Source: an uncultured Gemmataceae bacterium (GTDB lineage: Bacteria > Planctomycetota > Planctomycetia > Gemmatales > Gemmataceae). From it: a stretch of 64,000 nt of DNA. The notes under the pieces were generated by a model. That model did not search any database and was not told where the DNA came from. It was given only the letters and a program-made list of their open reading frames with translations. The position numbers and the translations under genes were made by a program. The stretch covers positions 2,336,001 through 2,400,000 of the forward strand of contig CAVVPN010000003.1 in the NCBI GenBank assembly GCA_963750165.1, written 5' to 3'. This document shows, one piece after another, positions 1 through 10,822 of the stretch; position 1 is the stretch's first letter, and each line of letters starts with the position of its first letter.

Positions 1-476
1 ACCAACACATGGGCCAGGAAGTCTTTGCCGATCTCAGGAGACGAGCGAAGAAGCCGCAGTCGAAGGTACTCATCCGGCAGGTGCTCAAGGAAGCCCGGAA
101 CACAAGTCCAGGCGGCATTATCCTCCCCCCAGGCCACCTTTGGGTTTCTTACGACGTGGTCCGCATCCAGAACGTTGCCTGCAAGGTGGCGCAGTGCCTC
201 TTCTACAAAGACCACGGCAAGCACATGCCCAAAAAGAACTGCGTACACATCGAACTTTGTGAGAATTTTGAAGACTTGCAGCCTGTTTTTATGCTGTTAT
301 TGCGTCACACTCAGCCACAATCTGTCTACACCAACGTCTTCCAATACTGGTACTTCGACGTGGAAGGCCAGCACCATTACGCCCTGCTTTTCTGGGAGGC
401 GTTCATGTTCTGCCTGATCTTTGAGAACCCAGCCACCTCCCCTGACGCAACCGCTTCCCCACCATCACCAGGCTGA
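1..476 (+). CDS. Hypothetical protein, probably 5'-truncated by the window edge
   Basis: Frame is open from the window start through ATG 9 to TGA 476. GC is lower than in neighbouring genes. No recognisable motif in the visible part. Confidence 0.55.
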   Translation, partial: QHMGQEVFADLRRRAKKPQSKVLIRQVLKEARNTSPGGIILPPGHLWVSYDVVRIQNVACKVAQCLFYKDHGKHMPKKNCVHIELCENFEDLQPVFMLLLRHTQPQSVYTNVFQYWYFDVEGQHHYALLFWEAFMFCLIFENPATSPDATASPPSPG

Positions 477-662
477 AAAACGGGAGGCAGAAAGGGGGCG
501 GGAACGGACGAGGCGCCATGGACAGAGCAAACGGAAACCCAGTTGGTGCTGAAACATTGTGCCTACCGGCGGATATTCTTGAAATGACGGGACGAGTGCG
601 ATTTGGTCACCCAGGAAGCGTGAGTAACGTCCCATTTTTTCAGCGCACGACCCGCTTGCCCC

Positions 663-2273
663 TCAGTGGGCGAGTCGCGCTGCTAGCGTCTCCAGTTCCA
701 GCGGCGCCACCCGCACCACCTCCGCGGGCAACCGCACTCCCTGGCAGCGCAGCCCCGCGGCCCGCAGCAGCACCGCCGCGCCGTACAGCAGGTTAAGCGC
801 CACCGTCACCACGCGCCGCTGTCCCGGCTGCTCCAAAAAGGAGCCGCGCACCCACTCGTTGAACGCGCCCATCGCCGGCCCGCACCAGATTTGGTAATCG
901 AGCTTCCGCGACGGTTCGCCCGCGTTCGCCCAGCGCGACGACTGGCCCAGATACCAGCGGAATACCAGGGCCATTTGATGCTTCGGGTCGCGCGCCGCCC
1001 GCTCCAGCTGGGCCGGGTCGCGCTCGCGGAAGAACGCCTGCGTCTGCCGCCACACCTCGTCGAGTGGCAGCCGAAAAATCGTCTTCTCCAGGGTCGCCCG
1101 CTCCGCCGCGGGGATGTCCTCCAGGCCGTTGCGCGTGCGGTACAGTTCGTAGAGCTTCGCCGCCCGCATGGCGAACAGGGTGCCGCGCTTCAGTACCTGC
1201 ACCTTGACGCCCATCTCGAACATGTCCGCGGCCGGCGCCATGATGGTGTCCGCCTGTTCTGCCTCCGCCAGCATTTGCCGCACCGTGTCCGACGAGCCGG
1301 ACTCGACGCACGCCTGGTTGACCGAGCCGGTGACAATGTAAGCGGCGCCCATCGCGAACGCCGCCGCCGCGGCCGCCGGTGTCGAGATGCCGCCCGCGGC
1401 GCCGACCCGCAGCGGCTGCGCATACTGATACTGCTCCTGGAGGCGGTCGCGCAGGGCCAGCAGCGTCGGCAGCAGCGTCACGGCGGGGCGGTTGTCGGTG
1501 TGACCGGCGGAATCGGCCTCGGCGGTCACGTCCTGGGCCACCGGCACGTGCGCCGCCCACTCCGCTTGCTGGGCCGTGAGCCCCCCCTGAGCGACCAGCT
1601 GCCGCAGCAACGCGGCCGGCGGCGGCGCCATGAACCGGGCGGCGACCTCCACGCGCGACACCTTGGCGACGACGCGATTGGGCGCCACAACACGGCCATC
1701 GGCGGCGCGGTGGATGCCGTGAACACGGTAGGCGACGACGGGCAGCGTCAGATCGAGGTACGCGGACGCTTCCACGAGGCGGACGCCGGCGCGGCGGTAC
1801 AGGTCGGCGACAGCGGCTTCCAGGTGCGGTTCGTTGGGGCTGTGGATCAGGTTGAAGCCGTGCGGCCGCGTGCCCAGCGATTGCTGCAAGCGCTGCACCG
1901 CCTGCTCCACGACCGGCAACGCCAGGCCCGCGGCGCCGAAGAACGCCAGCAGGCCGGCCCGGCCCAGTGCCTCGACCAGCTCAACCGAGGCGATGCCGTT
2001 GGCCATCGCGCCCGCGGCGTAGGCGCAGCGGATGCCGTGGTCGGCGCAGAAGGTGGGGTCGCCGAGGTGTTCGAGGCGGTAGGCCGGCACCAGGACGGCG
2101 CGCGGCGAGGGGCGGGCGTGCGGTTCCAGGACGCGGTCGGGCGGTTCGAGGTGGAACGGCTGCTGCAGGTCGGCCAGGGCGTGCGCCAGCGAGCGGGCGG
2201 TGTCCGCCGGTGCGGTCGGCCGCTCCGCTCCATCGATAACGGCTGCCGCGGCCGGGGCCGCCGGTTGTGTCAA
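663..2273 (-). CDS. pfaD: PfaD-family enoyl reductase (PUFA/polyketide synthesis, FabK-like FMN TIM barrel)
   Basis: Motifs YAAGAMANGIAS, FFGAAGL, EADSAGHTDNRP, TGSVNQACVESG, APAADMFEMGVKVQVLKRGT and DYQIWCGPAMGAFNEW. Start uncertain (TTG 2273 or GTG 2288). Confidence 0.9.
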   Translation of the reverse strand: MTQPAAPAAAAVIDGAERPTAPADTARSLAHALADLQQPFHLEPPDRVLEPHARPSPRAVLVPAYRLEHLGDPTFCADHGIRCAYAAGAMANGIASVELVEALGRAGLLAFFGAAGLALPVVEQAVQRLQQSLGTRPHGFNLIHSPNEPHLEAAVADLYRRAGVRLVEASAYLDLTLPVVAYRVHGIHRAADGRVVAPNRVVAKVSRVEVAARFMAPPPAALLRQLVAQGGLTAQQAEWAAHVPVAQDVTAEADSAGHTDNRPAVTLLPTLLALRDRLQEQYQYAQPLRVGAAGGISTPAAAAAAFAMGAAYIVTGSVNQACVESGSSDTVRQMLAEAEQADTIMAPAADMFEMGVKVQVLKRGTLFAMRAAKLYELYRTRNGLEDIPAAERATLEKTIFRLPLDEVWRQTQAFFRERDPAQLERAARDPKHQMALVFRWYLGQSSRWANAGEPSRKLDYQIWCGPAMGAFNEWVRGSFLEQPGQRRVVTVALNLLYGAAVLLRAAGLRCQGVRLPAEVVRVAPLELETLAARLAH

Positions 2274-2418
2274 CGTGTGTCTGTCCACCCCTGCCCATCC
2301 CACACGTGGTTGCGGACGCTCTGCTGCATCTCTACACGATACAGACAGGCGAACGATTGTCCACAACAAAGTGCTTTGTGCGGCAAAGGTTGCGCCCGGC
2401 GGCGACGCGGGGGGAGCG

Positions 2419-2850
2419 TCAGGCGCTGAGGATGAATTGTTTGCCGGGGCCGTCGAGGATCAGCAGACAATCGCGGAGCACGTTGAGGCCGATCAGGGCG
2501 TCCACCGGGAGCGCTGTGGTTAACTCGGCAACCACGAGATCTGAGTAAACCAGGATGGGGCCGGTGATGGGGTCGGAAATGGTCAGGCTCATCCGGTACA
2601 AATCTATCGGAACTGACCCGCTGGCCGTCTGCGAGGTGCCGGAAATGAACGGCGTCAGCCCGAGGCGCTGAGGCACGTGGGGTGCCACGGTGGTGGCGTC
2701 GGCCCCAGAGTCGATCAGGGCACGAACCTGAACCGGCCGCGGGACGGGCTGTCCCGCTTGCACCAGGGCTGCCGTGTCCGGGCCGTTCAAACCGAACATC
2801 GCCTGGACGATCATGCCGTCCTTGTCGAGCGGGAAACTACTGTGCGGCAT
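2419..2850 (-). CDS. Retropepsin-like (single-domain) aspartyl protease
   Basis: ALIDSGA catalytic motif and C-terminal ALIGLNVL motif; 143 aa. Confidence 0.85.
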   Translation of the reverse strand: MPHSSFPLDKDGMIVQAMFGLNGPDTAALVQAGQPVPRPVQVRALIDSGADATTVAPHVPQRLGLTPFISGTSQTASGSVPIDLYRMSLTISDPITGPILVYSDLVVAELTTALPVDALIGLNVLRDCLLILDGPGKQFILSA

Positions 2851-3160
2851 CGATCATGCGCCTCCACAAGCAGCGCATCAACGGTTGCCATTCCCGCACA
2901 GGTTGAACGATGAAGGGCTGAAACTGAAATTGCTCTCGGCCGAACAGATACCCTTCGTCGAGGGTCGCGAACAGGCCGATCAGTTCGTCCCCCTTGATAA
3001 GGACCCACTTGCCTTCATGCCCTTGCTCCAGCAGCCGCGGCAGTTCCCGGCGGAACGTTTGGCATTCGCGATAAATGGAGCTGTCGGCCGGGACTTCGGG
3101 CATCTGGGTGTAGTGAATCGTGGCTAGACTGTCCAGCAATTCTTGCGGCTTCATCCTCAT
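2837..3160 (-). CDS. Small DUF5678-like protein coupled to the aspartyl protease
   Basis: FRRELPRLL...EGKWVLIKGDELIGLF.TLDEGY..G motif. Overlaps the downstream protease gene. Confidence 0.7.
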   Translation of the reverse strand: MRMKPQELLDSLATIHYTQMPEVPADSSIYRECQTFRRELPRLLEQGHEGKWVLIKGDELIGLFATLDEGYLFGREQFQFQPFIVQPVREWQPLMRCLWRRMIDAAQ

Positions 3161-3377
3161 CCCCTCCTTTCGGTTGGAAAGGATACCCGTTACCCCGGCC
3201 CCGTGTCAGCGCGAACCGCGCGGCCAGCTGCCGCAGACAAGATGCCGCGAAACGGCCGCGCCCGCGATTTCTTGCTTCCCTCCGCGGCCGCGCCCCGGCC
3301 ACAATACACCTTCCCCAGCGCCAGGCCGTCCGCCCGCCGCCGGGGCCATCGTTCCCCATCCGCTTCGGAGGTCGCCA

Positions 3378-4529
3378 ATGTCCACGTACCCCCGGTTCGC
3401 CCTGCCCCTGCTCCTGCTGGCGCTGCTGCCGCTGTCGGCCGCCGTGCCGCAGGAGAAGCCCAAGCCGCCGCAGCCGCCCGCCAAAGCGACACCTGGCGCG
3501 CTCGTGCAGGAGTCCGTCAAGAGCCTGCTCGCCCTGCAGGACGACGACGGCGCCTGGTCCTACGAGGGCGTCTACCGCGTCAACAAGGACCTGCCGGTCG
3601 GCTACCGCGTCGGCGGCACCGCGGCGGTCGGCTCCACGCTCCTGGTCGCGGCGCCCAACGACGAGAAGGCCCGCGCCGCCGTCCGCAAGGGTTTGGCCCA
3701 CGTCCTCAAGCACCTCAACCACCCGCTCATGCAGCCGAGCACCGAGAACAGGTACGACGTGCGCGTCTGGGGCCACGCCTGCGCCCTGGAGTTCCTCTGT
3801 CACGTCCGCGCCGCCAAGTGTGCCGGCGATCACGCCAAGCAGGTGGATGCGTGGGTGCCGAAGTTGATCGCGGCGCTGGTCACGGAGGAAATCCCCGGCG
3901 GCGGTTGGAACTACGCCAACCGGCGGGCGCACGCCACGTTCGTCACGGCGCCGGTGGCGCAGGCGCTGCTGCTGGCCCGCGGCCAGGGCGAAAAGGTGCC
4001 CGACGAGGTGCTGCGGCGCGCCCGCAAGGTGCTGGAGGAGAGCAGGACGAAGGACGGGGCGTTCCTGTACGGCGGCACGCTGGTCGGCAACGACAAGGCG
4101 GCGAAGTCGAAGATCAACCTGCTGCCCGGCTCCATCGCCCGCTCGGCGGTGTGCGAGACGACGCTGACGCTGCTCGGCGGCGGCTCCGTAGAGAACGTCC
4201 GCGGCGCGGTGGCGGCGTTCCACCAGCACTGGCAGGAACTGGAGAAGCGCCGCCAGAAGCCGGGCACGCACGTCGGCGATTACCTGATCGCGCCGTACTT
4301 CTTCTATTACGGCCACCGCTACTGCGCCCAGGCCATCCAGATGTTGCCGGAGAAGGAGCGCGCGGCGGAGCGCGAGCGGCTGCTGGCGTTGATCCTCAAG
4401 ACGCGCGACGCCGACGGCACCTGGAACGACCGCGTGTTCCCGCGCTCGCGCGGCTACTGCAGCGCGATGGTCGTGCTAGCCCTGCTCGGCGACCAGGCGC
4501 CGCTGCCGCCGGCGTTTGCGAAGAAGTAA
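3378..4529 (+). CDS. Secreted prenyltransferase/squalene-cyclase repeat (alpha/alpha toroid) protein
   Basis: GGAGG RBS before ATG 3378. Signal peptide. QW-like repeats LQDDDGAW, GGWNY, DGAFLY and RDADGTW. Confidence 0.75.
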   Translation: MSTYPRFALPLLLLALLPLSAAVPQEKPKPPQPPAKATPGALVQESVKSLLALQDDDGAWSYEGVYRVNKDLPVGYRVGGTAAVGSTLLVAAPNDEKARAAVRKGLAHVLKHLNHPLMQPSTENRYDVRVWGHACALEFLCHVRAAKCAGDHAKQVDAWVPKLIAALVTEEIPGGGWNYANRRAHATFVTAPVAQALLLARGQGEKVPDEVLRRARKVLEESRTKDGAFLYGGTLVGNDKAAKSKINLLPGSIARSAVCETTLTLLGGGSVENVRGAVAAFHQHWQELEKRRQKPGTHVGDYLIAPYFFYYGHRYCAQAIQMLPEKERAAERERLLALILKTRDADGTWNDRVFPRSRGYCSAMVVLALLGDQAPLPPAFAKK

Positions 4530-4536
4530 TTTGGGA

Positions 4537-4604
4537 GGCGAGCGGCGCGGCGTCAGCCCGCCGGTAACTCAAACTACCGGCGGGCTAACGCTGCGCCGCT
4601 CGCC
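4537..4604. repeat. REP-like palindrome (GGCGAGCGGCGCGGCG family), related copy at 40637-40702
   Basis: Imperfect inverted repeat ggcgagcggcgcggcgtcagcccgccggt / accggcgggctaacgctgcgccgctcgcc. Confidence 0.8.
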
Positions 4605-4617
4605 GGAAATTCGAGCA

Positions 4618-4890
4618 ATGGACCCCCTCGTCTTCATCCCGCCGCCGCTCCGCGCCCTGACCGGCGGCCTCGACTCCCTGCGCGCGCCCGGTGCCACCGT
4701 CGGCGCGGTCATCGACGCCCTGGAATCGCGCTTCCCCGGTATGCGCGCCCGGTTGTGCGACGGCGACCGGCTGCGGCCCGGCGTCGCGGTGGCGGTCGGC
4801 ACGGAACTGGCCACGCTGGGACTACTGCAACCCGTGCCGTCGGGGAGCGAAATCCATTTTTTGCCGGCGATCAGCGGTGGATCGTCTTGA
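4618..4890 (+). CDS. MoaD/ThiS-family ubiquitin-like sulfur carrier
   Basis: VFIPPPLR.LTGG...GATVGAVIDALE.RFPG...EIHFLPAISGG, followed by SS and stop. Confidence 0.85.
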   Translation: MDPLVFIPPPLRALTGGLDSLRAPGATVGAVIDALESRFPGMRARLCDGDRLRPGVAVAVGTELATLGLLQPVPSGSEIHFLPAISGGSS

Positions 4891-4916
4891 CGAAGGGTGG
4901 AAAAAGAAGATACTAT
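4887..4916 (+). promoter_or_regulatory. Putative sigma70-type promoter
   Basis: TTGACG-N18-TACTAT in an AT-rich patch, directly upstream of two hairpins. Confidence 0.45.
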
Positions 4917-4928
4917 AAAAAGAGGTGA

Positions 4929-5042
4929 CGGCACGAGGTTTAGCTGGGACTCGCAAACCAGCCAATCCTCGTGCCGACATTGGAAGGGTGTGTAGGCAGG
5001 ATATTTCTTGGATGTAATGAGTGGGACTCGCAAACCACTCAT
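4929..5042 (+). ncRNA. Candidate structured RNA: two hairpins with identical GACTCGCAAA loops
   Basis: TGGGACTCGCAAACCA at 4945-4960 and 5022-5037. Each caps a different stem: cggcacgagg/cctcgtgccg with gctgg/ccagc, and atgagtgg/ccactcat. Confidence 0.45.
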
Positions 5043-5539
5043 CACGTTTCTTGACAAAAGCAACGTCTGTGCCAACCCTTTTCTCAATCCCACTCTTTCA
5101 CTCCTTTTCTCCTTAACCAACTTATCTGTAATCACTTGCGATTCGCTTTTTTCTGCATCTTGTGCGGCCTGTGCGATTTCGCGTCGCCTCCGAGGCGGTG
5201 ACTGGGCTGTTTTGCAACAGTTCGTTGCGCGATTCTGCCCAGGCTGGCGCATTTTGAACCACGGCGGTAGAACTGCGCTGCGAACAGCGGATCAGAGCAA
5301 CCGAATGTGATCGTCTGATCAGGAACGTTCCTGACTGGCGTCTGCTCCGACTGGAGTTGCCGGGTGCGAGGTTGTGAATAGGGAATGAGCGCGTCCCCTG
5401 GGACAGTCAGGGGGTGTGTGAAATGAAACGAGAGGAAAACCCTCCCTGGCACTCCCTTCATTATACCGTCCAGCCCGCTTTCAGGGAACGGCCCTGGTGT
5501 CACCTGGCCGCGGATGCCGTGCATCGCTATCCTCGCGAT

Positions 5540-6480
5540 ATGTCCTCCGCCATTCTGCCCCCGGCTCAGACGCCGACCTGCTCGCAACCCGGCGGCGGCT
5601 TCTGCGCCAACCTCGAACTGGCCTGGGGCCGCGTCCGCCGCGCTTGCCTGCGCCGACTCTTTCCCGGCTACGTCCGCCGCATGGTCGAGCTGCGCCAGGG
5701 CGACTGCCCCGATTGTCCGCACGACATCATCGACAGCCGCGATCTCAAGTACGCCCGACCGGCGTGCGGCTTCTGGTTCCGCGCCCGGGACGACCGCTTC
5801 GCCTGGCGCGACCGCCTCGGCGTCGCCCGCGCCGGCCTGGCCGAACTGCTCCTGTTCAGCCTGGCGGCGCTCGTGCTCGCCGGTGGCCTGACCGCGGCGG
5901 CACTGCTGATCCACTGGGCCTTCTGGCTGCCGCTGGCGGTGGTCGCGCTCGGCTGGCTGGGGATCGCCTGGTTCTTCCGCGACCCCGAACGCACCATCCC
6001 CGACGACGCCGCGGCCCTGCTCAGCCCCGCCGACGGCACCGTCACCCATGTCGAGGAGGTCGCGGAACCTGACTTCCCCGGCGGCCGAGCCCTGCGCGTC
6101 AGCATTTTCCTGTCCATCTTCAACGTCCACGTCAACCGGGTGCCGCGCATCAGCCGCGTGGTGCGCGTCCGCTACTTCCCGGCGCTTTCCTGGACGCCCG
6201 TAACCCCGACAGCGCGCGCCGCAACGAGCAGCTGTGGCTCGACCTGGAGGAGCCCGACGGCCGGCCGCTGCGCGTCAAGCAGATCGCCGGCGCCGTCGCC
6301 CGCCGCATCGTTTGCTGGCTCAAGGCCGGCGACACCCTGGAGGCCGGCCAGCGCTTCGGCATGATTAAGCTCGGCTCGCGCACCGACCTGCTGCTGCCCG
6401 CTGGTGACGCCCGCGACCTGCGCGTCCACGTTGGCGATCGGGTCCGCGGCGGCAGCACCGTCCTGCTGTACTTCCGCTGA
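5540..6480 (+). CDS. psd: Phosphatidylserine decarboxylase proenzyme (frameshift near 6180, probably sequencing error)
   Basis: WFFRDPER, SPADG and SIFLSIFNVHVNR. After adding one C at the ttcccggc run: YFPGAFLDAR...QIAGAVARRIVC...FGMIKLGSRTD (self-cleavage LGS), stop at 6480. Confidence 0.9.
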
Positions 6481-6779
6481 GCCATCGATGCCGGTCGTGC
6501 CACCGGAGCAACCATTAAAATTTACTTATTTTCCCAAACCCGCTTGCTTCCGAGCGAGCGCTGCTTTACGATCTTTTCCATTCGATCAGCACTCCTCCTC
6601 GCCCCGTTCGGCGGTCTCTCCCATTGGGCCCGATCCGAACATCCCCAGGTACGTCGCCCACGGAATGGCGACCAGACCAATTACCACAGGAAAATCTTCC
6701 CAGTCGGCTCCGGTTGCCGGCAAACGGTGTCTACATCCTTATCTATCTGGATTCTTGCGATCTCTGGGAGGCTGTTCTC

Positions 6780-9700
6780 ATGGCCCTGTCCTCGTTCCTG
6801 CGAAAATGGTTCCGCCGGTCGCCGCAACGGCCGCTGCGGCGCGTGCTCACCGTGGAGACGCTCGAAGACCGGTGCGTGCCGGCGCTGGTGCCCGGCATCG
6901 GCGTGTTCGACGCCGCCACCACCACCTGGTATCTGCGCAACAGCACCACCTCCGGCCCCGCCACGGTGACGCCCTTCCAGTTCGGCGGGAAGGGCTGGGA
7001 CGCCGTCATGGGCGACTGGAACGGCGATGGCGTCAAGACCATCGGCGTCTTCGATCCGAGCACCGGCACCTGGTATCTGCGCAACAGCAACACTCCCGGC
7101 CCGGCCGACGCTGGCATCATTCAGTTCGGCGGCGACGGCTGGATACCGGTCGTCGGCGACTGGACCGGCCAGGGCAAGGACACCATCGGCGTCTTCGACC
7201 CCAGCACCGCCACCTGGTATCTGCGCAACAGCAACACCCCCGGCGCTGCCGACATCAAGTTCCAGTACGGCGGCCAGCACTGGGTTCCGGTGGTGGGCGA
7301 CTGGAACGGCGCCGGCAAAACCACCGTGGGCGTCTTCGATCCGGGCGACGCCGTCTGGTATCTGCGCAACAGCAACAGCGCCGGCGCCCCGGACTACCAG
7401 CCGTTCCGCTACGGCGTGGCCGGCTGGACGCCCGTCGTCGGCGACTGGGACGGTGATGGCACGGACACGATCGGCGTTTATGACAATCTCGGCGAGTGGT
7501 ATCTCCGCAACAGCAACAGCGGCGGCACCCCGGACCGGACGCCGTTCTCCTATGGCGTCGGTTCCTGGCAGCCGGTGTTCACCGAGTTGCCCGCGACCGA
7601 CACGAACGCCAACCTGGGCTCGGGGAGCGGCAAGGGCACCACGGACACCACGGGCACCACGGGCACCACGGGCACCGGTTCGACGACCACCTCGACGGGA
7701 ACGACCGACCCCACGACCGACCCCGGCACGAGCGCTGGCACTGACGGCACGACCGGCACCACGACCGGCACCGGCAACACCAGCGGGACCACCGGCCCCG
7801 CGGCGCCCGTGGCCGCGACCCTGACCCTGAGCGTGCCGACGACGGCGACGGTCGGCAGCAGCGACCCGTTGACCGTGACAGCGACGCCGAACGACGGCCC
7901 CGGCTTCACGGGCACCTTCACCATCGACGTGGACCTGAGCCACGACGGTCACTTCGACGCGCCGGCGCTCTGGGCTTCACCCAGGGCATCCTCAATCTGA
8001 GCACCAACGTCGGCCAGACGAACCTGTTCGGACTGCCCGCTGGCACCTACCAGGTCCGCGCCGAGGCCACCCAGGTGGACGGCACCACACTCGTCAGCGC
8101 CCCGGTCAGAATCACCATCTCGCCCCCGGCGCCGGCCATGACGCTGCCCACGTACTTCGAGCCCAACCTGGGCCAGTTCGACGAACCGGCCCTTCTCTAC
8201 CTGATGCGCAACCAGGGCTACGACTCCGCCATCACCGCCACCGGCGCCGTCTTCTCCGGCCCGGCCCAGGACCCGAGCAACCCGCAGGGCGCTCCCATCA
8301 ACCTGTCGGTACAGATGCAGTTGCTCGGCAGCAAGGTCAGCAGTTCCGCGTTCAGCGGCCAGCAAACGCTGGCCAGCACCAGCAACTACTTCCTCGGCAA
8401 CGATCCGTCAACGTGGCGCAGCAACGTGCCCAACTACGGCCAGGTGCTCGAGCAGAACGCCTACCAGGGCATCAACGTCCTGTACCAGGGCGACAACGGC
8501 CAGCTGCGCTTCAGCTTCACCGTGGCGCCCGGGGCCGACCCCAACCAGATTCTGATGACTTACCCAGGCGCGTCCGTCAGCATCGATGACCAGGGCAATC
8601 TGGTGCTGACCACGGCCAACGGCACCGTTACGCAGGGCGCCCCGGCCGCCTACCAGACCATCAACGGCGTCCAGGTGGCGGTCAAGGTCGATTACCAGTT
8701 GACCGGCTCCGCCGTCAGCTTCCATCTTGGCGGCTACGACCCCACCCATGCGCTGGTCATCGACCCGCCGCTCATCTTCTCGACCTACCTGGGCGGCACT
8801 GGCAGCGACACCGGCCAGAAGATTCGCGTCAACACCCTCGGCGAGGTCATCGTCGTCGGCCACACCAGCTCGACCAACTTCCCGATCGTCGCCCCGGCGG
8901 CCCAGTCGAACAATCGCGGCGGCAACGACATCTTCGTCACCATCATGAACAACTCCGGCACGGCGCTGATCGCCTCGACCTACCTGGGCGGCAGCGGCGA
9001 CGACGAGCCGGAGGCGCTGACGCTGGACACCAACAACAACATTTACATCGGCGGCTACACCACGTCCAACAACCTGCCCGTCATCATGAACGCCTACCAG
9101 ACCACCGCCGGGGGCGGCAAGGACGGCTTCTTCATGCGGCTGAGCCCCGGCGGCAATTCGCTCCTGTATTCCAGTTACTTCGGCAGCACCAAGGACGAGC
9201 AGATCAACGGCATTGGCCTGGACGGGGTCGGCAACATCTACGTGGATGGCTGGACGCAGTCGGCGAACCTGCCCACGAGCATGGGCGCCTACCAGACCAC
9301 GTTCCAGTCGGCCGGCCCGCCGATCCTGGACGACGCCTTCGTCGCCAAGTTCACTGTCGGCCCCACCAGCACCACACTGGACTACTCCACCTTCCTCGGC
9401 GGCAACGGCGATGACGAGGCCAACAACCTGGTCGTGGACGCGAACGGCAACGCCTACGTCGTGGGCCAGACCAAATCCACCAACTTCCCGGTGACGGGCG
9501 GCGCCTTCCGGGCCACCAACGCCGGCAATAACGACGTGTTCATTACCAAACTGAACCCCACCGGCACGGGGCTCGTGTGGTCCACGCTGTACGGCGGTCC
9601 CACCGACGACATCGCTTCCGGCGAGGCCGTCGATTCCGCCGGCGACGTGTACTTCTCGGGGCGGACGGGCGGCACCAACGCCGGCCTGCCGGTCAGCCCG

Positions 9701-10705
9701 GGGGCGCCGGGGCTCTCGGCCATCGGCTTCTTCGGCAACGCCTTCATCGCCAAGATGAACGCGACCGGCACCGCGCTGATCTTCTCGACCTACTTCTGCG
9801 GCAACAACGACCAGGCGCTGTTAGACCTCACCCTCGACACCCAGGGGAACGTGTACGCGACCGGCTGGGAGGATTCGGACTCGGAACTCAGCTTCGTCAA
9901 CCCCATCCAGGTCAACAACGGCACCTTCGCCAGCGCTGACGCTGTCATTGTCGCCTACAACGCCACCGGCACGGGCATCGCCTTCTCGACGCCGATCGGC
10001 GGCACCATGGACGAGCACGGCAACGGCATCGCCATCGACAACCAGGGCGGCATCTACATCACCGGCTACACGAAGTCCACGAACTTCCCCATCCATAGTT
10101 CGGTGGTGGGCACCGCGGTAGTGCAGTCCGTCAGCAATGGCGGCGGCCAGGACGCATTCGTCACCAAGGTCGGCACGGTGGGCCTGTTCCCGCCGCCGCC
10201 GCCCGCCGGCGGCGGCGGTAGCAGTGGTACCGGCGGCGGTGGCACCGGTGGTGGTGGCGGTGGTGGCGGTGGCGGCGGTGGCGGCGCTGGCGGTGCCGCG
10301 CTCAGCGCGGTCCCCGAGGACCGCTTCGAGAACAACGACACCTCGGACGTCGCGTCCCAGATGGGCACGATGACCGCGGGCACGCAGTCGTACACGAACC
10401 TGACCCTCACCCAGCACTTTGATGGGACGTTCGACCAGGACTGGTACAGCTGGACCGCGGGCGCCAGCGGCACGCTGACCGCGACGCTGAGCAACATCCA
10501 GGCTGGCGGCGGTACGTTTGAAGTGGAGGTGTGGAAATTGAACAGCAATAACACGCTGTCGCAGATCGGCACGACAGGGGCCACCCCCGGCGCCACGACC
10601 GAGGTGGCGACCGCCCCGGTCACGGCTGGCGAAACCGTGTTCATCTACGTGTTCAGCCCCGTTTTCTCCACGGGCAGTTACGCACTGGATACCAACCTGA
10701 CGTGA
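6780..10705 (+). CDS. Large extracellular protein: planctomycete leader, FG-GAP-like repeats, Thr/Gly linker, SBBP beta-propeller repeats, C-terminal PPC-like domain (frameshift near 7962)
   Basis: LTVETLEDRCVPA leader. About 5 repeats of WYLRNSN..G.....FG...W.PVVGDW.G.G..TIGVFD. Restoring one C at gcgccggc joins ORF 6624-8000 to 8075-10705. SBBP repeats of type STYLGGSG.D....I.VD..GN.YV.G.T.S.NFP. Confidence 0.8.
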
Positions 10706-10822
10706 GCCGGTGGGCAGCCTGACCATCGGACCAACGAGCAACCCCGTTTACGGTTCGCGCCGGGAAGCGCGAATCATAAACGGGGTTGTTTCGTGGTACA
10801 GGCGGCTCGCCTGACCACGACG

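Noticed and set aside
4945..5037. Possible mini-CRISPR (16-bp repeat, 77 bp apart)
   Set aside because: The repeat is too short, has two copies only, and each is the loop of its own hairpin.
5008..5310. 100-aa ORF in the AT-rich spacer
   Set aside because: TTG start, atypical codon usage, overlap with the hairpin structure and no recognisable motif.
5540..6480. Programmed frameshifting or pseudogene status for psd and other split genes
   Set aside because: No consistent slippery heptamer or stimulatory structure, and the breaks affect unrelated genes. Sequencing error is the simpler explanation.
6900..7570. DNA repeats TGGTATCTGCGCAACAGCAAC at ~140-bp period
   Set aside because: These are in-frame protein repeats (WYLRNSN) within a CDS, not a non-coding array.
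10200..10300. GGC/GGT microsatellite
   Set aside because: It encodes a poly-Gly linker within the large secreted protein.
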